A stretch of 64,000 nucleotides of DNA from an uncultured Ignavibacteriales bacterium (GTDB taxonomy: Bacteria > Zixibacteria > MSB-5A5 > GN15 > FEB-12), in NCBI GenBank assembly GCA_964489705.1, contig CAZAZQ010000010.1:64724-128723 (forward strand), in the 5' to 3' direction. Below are positions 20,227-27,509 of this stretch, one piece after another (the stretch's first letter is position 1; every line of letters starts with the position of its first letter). The translations under genes were made by a program, and so were the position numbers. The notes beneath the pieces were generated by a model. The model saw only the letters and a list, made by a program, of their open reading frames with translations, made no database searches and was not told the DNA's origin.

Positions 20227-21024
20227 ATGCGGTATGCGTGGATAACGAACAATCTCGTCGACTTGCGGGCACAATCGGACTTTCACAGCGAGCGGGTCAG
20301 CCAGCTCTTTTTTGCCGAGTTGGTGCGGGTAGGGGAAAGCAAAGCCGGTTTTGTCAGGGTATATCAAGCCGACGGTTACACCGGGTGGGTGGATGGTCGT
20401 TTTTTGAGCTGTATTGACAGGACAGCCTATGAAGAATACGGCAAACGAGTTAACGGTTTTATTTCCGCCGCTACGGCACGCCTGTTCGATGATCGGAAAG
20501 GGCGGAATGTCCCGCCTTACTTTCTCTTTTACGGAACCAAACTGTATGTCAAAAAAAGAGATAGCCGCTTTGCCCGGATTCTCCTTCCCGACGGCGGCAG
20601 GGTGTTCGTCAAGCCCCGTACTATTACGCCGATACATAGAGGAAAAAGTCCTGTCACGGGCTCGCGGATAGTCGCCGAGGCGAAACGGTTTCTCGGCGTC
20701 CCGTACTTATGGGGCGGCATTACGGTGACCGGTTTTGATTGCTCCGGTCTGGTGCGGACGGTATACTCCCGCTTCGGATTTGCCCTGCCGCGGGATACGA
20801 AGGACCAAATAATGGTGGGGGAAAAAGTCGAACGGGAGAGTATAAAAAGTGGAGACCTGGTGTTTTTTCGCAGGCATGTCGGGTTAGCGATAGGCAACCG
20901 TCGCATTATCCATGCCTCGCACGGCGGCGGTGGAGTGAGAATAAACGCGCTGGTTAAAGGTCTCCCTGAGTACCGTGAGGACCTTGACAGGGATTTTTTA
21001 CAAGCAAGGAGAGTGACACCATGA
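20227..21024 (+). CDS. NlpC/P60 (C40) peptidoglycan peptidase with N-terminal SH3b-like domains
   Basis: YLWGGITVTGFDCSGLVRTVYSRFGFALPRDTKDQ carries the catalytic Cys. The downstream HVGLAIGNRRIIHAS carries the His. The N-terminal half has SH3b-like GWV/GFVRV patterns. Confidence 0.85.
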   Translation: MRYAWITNNLVDLRAQSDFHSERVSQLFFAELVRVGESKAGFVRVYQADGYTGWVDGRFLSCIDRTAYEEYGKRVNGFISAATARLFDDRKGRNVPPYFLFYGTKLYVKKRDSRFARILLPDGGRVFVKPRTITPIHRGKSPVTGSRIVAEAKRFLGVPYLWGGITVTGFDCSGLVRTVYSRFGFALPRDTKDQIMVGEKVERESIKSGDLVFFRRHVGLAIGNRRIIHASHGGGGVRINALVKGLPEYREDLDRDFLQARRVTP

Positions 21025-22052
21025 TTGATGTGGAAGCCGTAAAAATATCTCTGCCTCTCAAAAAGAAATTCGCCGTATCCAAGGGAAGCGCCACGGTCAA
21101 GACCAACTTGTTGACGATTTTGAACAACCGCTACCACGGCGAAGCCGCCGGGTCGGTCTATGCCGGACCGCAGGTCGAAGAAATCGAAAAGGGTATCCGC
21201 AAAGGGATGGAGTACCTGCGGAAAGTCGAGAAAATAGATGTCGATACTTTGTACGAAGCCAACAACTGGGATATTCCGCCGGCGGCACGCTCGGCGATTA
21301 TTGCCATGATTGTAAATTATCTCTCAGGCGAATCAAAGCGCTACCCCTGGGAAATTCTCTCGCTCGGGACGCCGGTGGGGATTCGCAGTTCCATCACGAT
21401 CAGTGTGGACGACCCGGCGAAGATGATTGATGCCATCAAGGAGTCGGACTACCCTATCATTAAGGTAAAAATGGGCACCGAGGGGGATATTGAGCTGCTG
21501 GAGTTGTTCGACCAGGTGACGGATAAAGAAATTCGGGTCGATGCCAACGGAGCGTGGAGCTGCGAAAAAGCCGAAGAGATGATTTTCCACCTTTCGCAAA
21601 AAGGGATAACCGTCATCGAGCAGCCGACCGATGTCGAATCGGTCAAGGAGTGGAAGCATCTGAAAGGCAAAAATAAAAAAGTCGAGCTTATCATCGACGA
21701 AGGCTTGAATACTTTCGAAGATTATCAGCGTATCGCCGAGTATGTCGACGGGGTCAATATCAAGATGGAAAAATGCGGGGGAATTCTCGAGGGGATGAAA
21801 ATTTCCAAGCAGGCGCGGAAGGACAAGAAGAAAGTGATGCTGGGGTGCATGGTGGAATCGTCGGTGGGCATCGCTCAGTCCGTCTACATGTCGGCGCAGG
21901 CAGATTATTTTGACTTGGATGGTCCGTTGTTGCTGGAAGATGATATTGCCAGCGGCATCAAATATGACAGGGAGTCGATTGCGGTCGACCGAGAGATAAT
22001 CGGTGGACCCAAAATAAAACGTGAAGTGGTCGAAAAGTACATCACGGAATAG
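21021..22052 (+). CDS. Dipeptide (L-Ala-D/L-Glu) epimerase, enolase superfamily MLE subgroup
   Basis: ATGA-type overlap with the upstream gene. Enolase-superfamily catalytic/metal positions occur in order: IKVKMG, VDANGAW, IEQP, IIDEG, IKMEKCGG. Confidence 0.8.
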   Translation: MIDVEAVKISLPLKKKFAVSKGSATVKTNLLTILNNRYHGEAAGSVYAGPQVEEIEKGIRKGMEYLRKVEKIDVDTLYEANNWDIPPAARSAIIAMIVNYLSGESKRYPWEILSLGTPVGIRSSITISVDDPAKMIDAIKESDYPIIKVKMGTEGDIELLELFDQVTDKEIRVDANGAWSCEKAEEMIFHLSQKGITVIEQPTDVESVKEWKHLKGKNKKVELIIDEGLNTFEDYQRIAEYVDGVNIKMEKCGGILEGMKISKQARKDKKKVMLGCMVESSVGIAQSVYMSAQADYFDLDGPLLLEDDIASGIKYDRESIAVDREIIGGPKIKREVVEKYITE

Positions 22053-22053
22053 C

Positions 22054-24018
22054 GTGCGTATTCCGATACTCTTGTGGCTTGCCTGGTGCGGGATCATGAC
22101 CGCTTTTCCTGTTACCGCCGTCAGGGCGGGGAATGATGTCCCGAGAATTTCTATTGTCTACCCCAAGCCCGGGCAGCTCGTCACCGCTGTCGATTCGACC
22201 TTTATCTTCGGTAATGTCCGTCCCGCTGAGAACACGAAATTAGACCGCCTGCTTATCAACGGTTACCGCGTCGACGTTCATCGGGACGGCGGTTTTTTGG
22301 CGTTTCTCCCGATTGAGCCGGGAGAGTTTACTTTTGTCCTCGAGGCGTTTTTTCAACCCGACAAAAATTACTTTTCCCGTCGCAGCCGTCGGCAAGAATC
22401 TTTCATTCCTCAGGTAGTGGAATCGTTGACCGTTTCCGTGCCGGAGCCGCTTCGAACAATTCCCCTGGACAGTCTCACCATTGCCGCTGAGTATCACCCA
22501 CCCCTTGGTAATATGGACTTGGCGGCAGGCGAGGTTTTGACGGTCTCGTTTCGCGGGACGCCGCGCTGTCAAGCATGGTTTGCCGTTCCCGGTGTGGTCG
22601 ATTCCGTCCCGATGGCGGAGACGACTCCGCAGATGCAGGCGTATTGGGGGGAGTCGGTTTTCGGTGCGGGAGCGGTACCGGAAACATTGAAGGTACGAGG
22701 TATTTATCAGGGCTTTTGGACGGTTCCGGAAAATGTCTGTGCCGACTCGCTGACAATTCATTACTTCCTAGCGCCGTTACCAAAAGAGGAATTGCTGCGG
22801 CAGTTCATTCAATTTCCGTATGACTTCACCTTTGATAGACATTTGATAAATTACTTGGCGATGGGGGATACCGTCGTAGAGCAGCCTAGTTCCTATCGGA
22901 TTTCCCTTAATAGCCCTGATTACCCTTTTACGGTACGCTTTGTTGATTCCGTCCAGATAGTCCGCTTCGGACCGAAAAAAGGGTACTTGTCGATATTCCA
23001 ACCCGAAGGAGTGCAGGCATTGGCGGTCGGAGCGGTCGGGGAATGGTATAAGCTCAAATTGTCGCAAAATCATTTCGGCTGGGTGAAGAAAGCCGGTGTC
23101 GAAAGGCTTCCCAAGGGGATTTTACCGCCGACGTCGTATCTGTCGTCGATTCGGATGGAAAGCGATGACGACAGAGTGCTCGTTTCGTTCCCCTTAGCCG
23201 GACAACATCCTTTCCAGGTAGTGGAAGATGGTTTGCGGACGGTGCGTATTCGTCTTTTTGGGGTAACCAGCAACACCGACTGGATACGCTACGACGGTGA
23301 CGATGAGCTGGTGCATCTTGCCTCATGGTCACAGCCGGAAGAAGGGGTATTCGAGTTTACCTTGAAATTGGCAAAAGATATCTGGGGGTATGATACCTAT
23401 TATCAAGGAAATACCTTTGTTTTTCAATTGAACAAACCGCCGCAGCGAGTGAAGAGCCTGCGGGGGAAAGTCATTGTTATCGATCCGGGACATTCCAAAG
23501 ACCCCGGTGCCATCGGTCCGACCGGGTACACCGAAGCGGAAGCGAATCTCGCCCTGGCGTTGGAGATAAAGAAGAAACTGCAATCCAAGGGTGCCACAGT
23601 GGTGCTTACCCGGGAAGACGACAGCGATGTCGGTTTGTACGAACGTCCCGCCATTGCCAAACGTGCCAATGCCGATATCTTTGTCTCCATTCACAACAAC
23701 GCGCTGCCCGACGGGGTGAATCCTTTTACCAATAACGGCACCTCGGCGTACTACTACCATCCTCATTCTTTGAGGCTGGCGCGCAGTATTCATACCGAGA
23801 TGATAAAAGCTACCGGTTTGCCGGATCACGGCTTATACTACGGCAACTTGGCGGTGAATCGACCCGCTCAGTATCCGGCGGTGTTGGTGGAGTGCGCTTT
23901 TATGATTATTCCTCAGCAGGAAGCGATGCTGAAGACAAAAAAGTTTCGGAGAAAAGTCGCCAAAGCGGTGACGAAAGGGATAGAAAATTTCTTAAAAGGG
24001 TATGAGCATGACAACTGA
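22054..24018 (+). CDS. N-acetylmuramoyl-L-alanine amidase (Amidase_3 C-terminal domain) with a large N-terminal domain
   Basis: The start is taken at in-frame GTG 22054 (VRIPILLWLAWCGIMTAFPVTAVRAG signal peptide), just after the epimerase stop. C-terminal motifs: VIVIDPGHSKDPGA, EAEANLALA, FVSIHNNA, VLVECAFM. Confidence 0.85.
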   Translation: MRIPILLWLAWCGIMTAFPVTAVRAGNDVPRISIVYPKPGQLVTAVDSTFIFGNVRPAENTKLDRLLINGYRVDVHRDGGFLAFLPIEPGEFTFVLEAFFQPDKNYFSRRSRRQESFIPQVVESLTVSVPEPLRTIPLDSLTIAAEYHPPLGNMDLAAGEVLTVSFRGTPRCQAWFAVPGVVDSVPMAETTPQMQAYWGESVFGAGAVPETLKVRGIYQGFWTVPENVCADSLTIHYFLAPLPKEELLRQFIQFPYDFTFDRHLINYLAMGDTVVEQPSSYRISLNSPDYPFTVRFVDSVQIVRFGPKKGYLSIFQPEGVQALAVGAVGEWYKLKLSQNHFGWVKKAGVERLPKGILPPTSYLSSIRMESDDDRVLVSFPLAGQHPFQVVEDGLRTVRIRLFGVTSNTDWIRYDGDDELVHLASWSQPEEGVFEFTLKLAKDIWGYDTYYQGNTFVFQLNKPPQRVKSLRGKVIVIDPGHSKDPGAIGPTGYTEAEANLALALEIKKKLQSKGATVVLTREDDSDVGLYERPAIAKRANADIFVSIHNNALPDGVNPFTNNGTSAYYYHPHSLRLARSIHTEMIKATGLPDHGLYYGNLAVNRPAQYPAVLVECAFMIIPQQEAMLKTKKFRRKVAKAVTKGIENFLKGYEHDN

Positions 24019-24259
24019 AACTCCCAGTCCTCCCAAGAAGAAACAACCGGTATGGTTGATCTATTTTGCTTTGGTTCTGGCGGGGTTTTTGTTTTTAGCC
24101 GATACCTATCACCTTGCCCACTTGCACAAATGGACGGTGAAACTCGGTGTGGCGTTGGTCTTTTCCGCCTTCAGCTTGCTGATCGGCAACGGAAGAGTGG
24201 CGGGGTATCTTGCCGCCGGCGTGCTCTGGGTAGCGGTGATTGCCACCTTCTTCGTGTAA
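24002..24259 (+). CDS. Small integral membrane protein (about 3 TM helices), function unknown
   Basis: 85 aa. A basic N-terminus (PPKKKQP) is followed by three hydrophobic helices. It overlaps the amidase stop by 17 nt. No recognisable family. Confidence 0.45.
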   Translation: MSMTTETPSPPKKKQPVWLIYFALVLAGFLFLADTYHLAHLHKWTVKLGVALVFSAFSLLIGNGRVAGYLAAGVLWVAVIATFFV

Positions 24260-24336
24260 ACGAGGCGTTATTTTTCCATTTTCTTTGCGGGTAACTTTCG
24301 GTTGCTTTGGAGGCGTTTTGTTTTTATTTTATATTC

Positions 24337-24942
24337 ATGGGAAAATCATCCAAGAGGAAAGCCTCGTCGTCTCAGAGGAAGAAGACGCCGCCACCCAGAA
24401 AAAACAAAAAACGATGGACTCTCCCCACCATTCCTCCCGCTTTGAAATTCGTCGGCTGGTTTCTTGTGAGCCTTGCCGTGCTGGGACTGCTGTATTCGCA
24501 CCTGACCGCCAAGTACCACGACAACCTTCTCTGGATTATGAACACCACCGCTACGGTTTGTGGAGCGGTGCTGTCGCTTTTCAGCGACCATGTGACGTAC
24601 GCCGGAAAGTTCGTCACGTACCGTGGCTTTTCGGTGGAGATTATCGACGAATGCACCGGCTTGCTGGAGATGGTGATTTTCCTGGCGGCGGTCATTTCTT
24701 TTTCGACGACCATCAAAAAGAAATTGATCGGGATCGGATTGGGGATACCGGCAATATATCTGTTCAACATCATTCGTATCATCTTCTTGGTGGTTGCGGG
24801 GGCACACTCCCAAAGCATTTTTGATTTTATGCATCTATACTTTTGGCAGGCAACGTTGATAATCATGATTGCTACGGTTTGGATCGGGTGGTTAACTCTG
24901 GTGGTGTATCGTGAGAAAAAACCTGTGGCTGTTTCTCCTTAA
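24337..24942 (+). CDS. Exosortase/archaeosortase-family membrane protein (short, XrtF-like)
   Basis: The family-defining residues occur in canonical order inside TM segments: Cys in IIDECTGLLEMV (TGC 24652-24654), Arg in LFNIIRIIFLV (CGT 24775-24777), His in DFMHLYFWQ (CAT 24832-24834). The N-terminal tail KSSKRKASSSQRKKTPPPRKNKKR is basic. An alternative start lies at 24307. Confidence 0.65.
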   Translation: MGKSSKRKASSSQRKKTPPPRKNKKRWTLPTIPPALKFVGWFLVSLAVLGLLYSHLTAKYHDNLLWIMNTTATVCGAVLSLFSDHVTYAGKFVTYRGFSVEIIDECTGLLEMVIFLAAVISFSTTIKKKLIGIGLGIPAIYLFNIIRIIFLVVAGAHSQSIFDFMHLYFWQATLIIMIATVWIGWLTLVVYREKKPVAVSP

Positions 24943-25396
24943 GCTGTTGCTTTTCAGTTTGGCGCTGGGGTACCTGTGGTTTTCGCGGTTTCAAGTACAA
25001 TATCCGTATTGGATTGACGGTATCGCCGATCCGTTTTTCAAGTTGGTCGGCGTCCGCCGTTGGTGGCTGGCGTTGGTTATCGACCATTTTACGAATCTCG
25101 TTCCCTACCTGGCGCTGGTGCTGGCATCACCGGGGCTTATTGATAATTGGAAGCGTACCCTTGTCTCACTGTTCGTCGGGGTTGCTATTTTGGTCTTCGG
25201 TCATCTGCTCCTTTCGTGGGCGGTGTACTATTTCAACGAAAAATATTCCCTCTCGAAGGGCTTTTACCGCTACATGGTGCCTCTTTATATCATCAACGAT
25301 GCGCTCCCATTGGTTTTATGGCTGGGTTTCTTCCCAAAGCTTCCTTCCCGGTTGTTCGGGCTGAAATGGGGGACTCCTGCGAAAAAGGAAAAATGA
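24911..25396 (+). CDS. Four-helix membrane protein overlapping the exosortase-like gene (candidate exosortase-associated partner)
   Basis: GTG start overlapping the 3-prime end of the upstream gene by 32 nt. 161 aa with 4 predicted TM helices and a basic C-terminus. No enzymatic motif. Confidence 0.55.
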   Translation: MRKNLWLFLLKLLLFSLALGYLWFSRFQVQYPYWIDGIADPFFKLVGVRRWWLALVIDHFTNLVPYLALVLASPGLIDNWKRTLVSLFVGVAILVFGHLLLSWAVYYFNEKYSLSKGFYRYMVPLYIINDALPLVLWLGFFPKLPSRLFGLKWGTPAKKEK

Positions 25397-25624
25397 GAGC
25401 GTACCGGCAGGGCTTCCTTTCACAGATGTTATCGCCGGAAGTTCTCTCTGTTCAAAAGCTGAGCAGTTGGTAGTTGCCGGGAAGAGGAGTGGATTGTTGA
25501 TAAAATAGTCATATTCCGCCGCCTGCCTTTTTTATTCTCCATATAACCTAAAGCCGCGCTCATCCAACGACGACCTCATACATCATGTGATTGACGAACG
25601 GTAACTTTCCAGTTGGGGTGTACT

Positions 25625-27340
25625 ATGAGAAAATCATCGGTCTCTGCATTCTTTTCCGTGGTGATAGGGGTAGTGGCGGCGGGAATGATAACGGCAACGG
25701 TTGCCGCAATCGAGCCGCAGGAAGGGCACACCGTGCCGCCAGTGAAGAAAGAATTGCCGCCCGGTTGCGGCTTCGTACCGCCTCCGGTAAGACTTGACCA
25801 CTTAGCCCACAAACACTTTCCGCGGAGGTTGGAAGCAGCCGAACTTCCGACCAAGTGGGATTGGCGCACCGCCGGGAAAGTAACCTCGGTGAAAAATCAG
25901 AGCACCTGCGGCGCCTGTTATGCTTTTGCCTCCTTAGGAGTATTTGAAGCCCAGGTGTTGATTGCCGACGGGGGAACCTACGATTTTTCCGAAAACAACG
26001 CCAAGGAGTGCAACTTTTATGACCGAAGCTGCGGCGGGGGGAATTTCTACGACATGGCGGACTTGTACTCCAAGAAGGGAGTGGTATTGGAATCGTGCGA
26101 TCCCTACGTGGCGAGTGACGTGAGTTGTAATACGAGTTGCGCTTCGATAAAGACCTTGTTGGATTGGTGTGTCATCTCTTCCAATAATATTCCTTCTCCG
26201 ACCGACTTGAAGAATTATATCCTCAGCTACGGACCGGTCTATACCACTATTTATGCCGGTGACGGCAGCGACCCCGCTTGGAACAGCGAGTTTTCCTCCT
26301 ATGACGGTTCGTATACCCTGTATTACACCGGTACCTACACCCCCAACCATGCGGTGGTTATCGTCGGCTGGGACGACAGCTTGGTCCACAGCGGCGGTAT
26401 GGGAGGCTGGATTGTGAAAAACAGTTGGGGCACCAACTGGGGAGGAACCTGCGGGTACGGCACCGAAAAGGGGTATTTCACCATTGCGTACGGTTCCGCC
26501 AGCATCGGCAAATGGTCTTCCTTCATTGCCGACTGGCAGGATTACGACGTCAACGGCGACGTGCTTTACTATGATGAAGGCGGCTATACCAATTACTGGG
26601 GCTTCGGCACCACGACGGCGTGGGGGTTGTGCAAATTTATCATGCCGTCAACCCAGTATGTCACGCGGGTGGAATTCTGGACGACCGATGCAACGACCGA
26701 TGTTGACGTCTACATTTACAACGACTTTAACGGTTCTCTATTGTCGAATTTAATCGTCAGTAAGTTGGACACCTCTTTCAGTGAAGCCGGTTACCATTCG
26801 GTACCGCTGGGGACCGCCGCCCCGGAAATTGCCGCCGGGGAAGACATCTTTGTCGCCGTCAAGTTCACCAACGCAACCTTCACCTATCCGGTCGTGACCG
26901 ATAATGTCGGTCCCAGCACCGGCGGAGGAGTGACCTACCTGAGCAGTAACGGCTCGACCTGGTACGATATGGGAGCGAACTATGCCAACGATGTCGGTAT
27001 TCGTGTCCGCACCAGCCCGACTTTGGCGCTCTCGGTGGACGATGAAAACACCGCAACGCCGAATTCTTACCACCTGTCGTACAATTACCCCAATCCGTTC
27101 AACCCGACGACGACCATTTCCTATAGTTTGCCGCACCGGTCACATGTGAATATTTCCATCTACAATATCGCCGGTGAGCGAGTGACCACGCTTATTGACG
27201 AAACCAAACCTGCCGGAGAGCATATCGTGACGTGGGACGGCACCGATTACAGAGGTATGCCGGTGGCGACCGGCGTGTACTTCTACACGTTGAAGACCGA
27301 CGACTATTCTTCAGCGAAGAAGATGTTGTTACTCAAATAA
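25625..27340 (+). CDS. Papain-family (C1) cysteine peptidase with a T9SS-type C-terminal sorting domain
   Basis: Start at ATG 25625 (signal peptide MRKSSVSAFFSVVIGVVAAGMITATVAA). Catalytic Cys in NQSTCGACYAFAS, His in NHAVVIVGWDD, and NSWGTNWG. The C-terminal approx. 80 aa (YPNPFNPTTTISYSL...VYFYTLKTDDYSSAKKMLLLK) match the type A T9SS CTD pattern. Confidence 0.85.
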   Translation: MRKSSVSAFFSVVIGVVAAGMITATVAAIEPQEGHTVPPVKKELPPGCGFVPPPVRLDHLAHKHFPRRLEAAELPTKWDWRTAGKVTSVKNQSTCGACYAFASLGVFEAQVLIADGGTYDFSENNAKECNFYDRSCGGGNFYDMADLYSKKGVVLESCDPYVASDVSCNTSCASIKTLLDWCVISSNNIPSPTDLKNYILSYGPVYTTIYAGDGSDPAWNSEFSSYDGSYTLYYTGTYTPNHAVVIVGWDDSLVHSGGMGGWIVKNSWGTNWGGTCGYGTEKGYFTIAYGSASIGKWSSFIADWQDYDVNGDVLYYDEGGYTNYWGFGTTTAWGLCKFIMPSTQYVTRVEFWTTDATTDVDVYIYNDFNGSLLSNLIVSKLDTSFSEAGYHSVPLGTAAPEIAAGEDIFVAVKFTNATFTYPVVTDNVGPSTGGGVTYLSSNGSTWYDMGANYANDVGIRVRTSPTLALSVDDENTATPNSYHLSYNYPNPFNPTTTISYSLPHRSHVNISIYNIAGERVTTLIDETKPAGEHIVTWDGTDYRGMPVATGVYFYTLKTDDYSSAKKMLLLK

Positions 27341-27369
27341 GAAAACTCAGTCTGCCCTTTTGTCTCAAT

Positions 27370-27401
27370 GCGGGAGCACTGCTGTGCTCCTGCATTTTTT
27401 T
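27370..27401 (+). terminator. Rho-independent terminator after the T9SS-tagged peptidase
   Basis: GGAGCAC (27373-27379) pairs with GTGCTCC (27384-27390). The stem is extendable to 10 bp with one G-U pair. It is followed by TTTTTTT (27395-27401). Confidence 0.8.
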
Positions 27402-27509
27402 ATCCAAAATCTGTTGCTGCAAGAAAGCTCTTGTACGGTGCGGCGGAAGCTGTTAACTTCCACCTCGAAGCGATTATATCAAAACCCAAACCGCGGAAAA
27501 AGCCGCTTT

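Noticed and set aside
24240-24824. A 194-aa alternative-frame ORF overlapping the exosortase-like gene
   Set aside because: The product is Arg/Gly/His-rich without TM helices. The 24337-24942 frame yields a coherent polytopic protein with the Cys/Arg/His triad.
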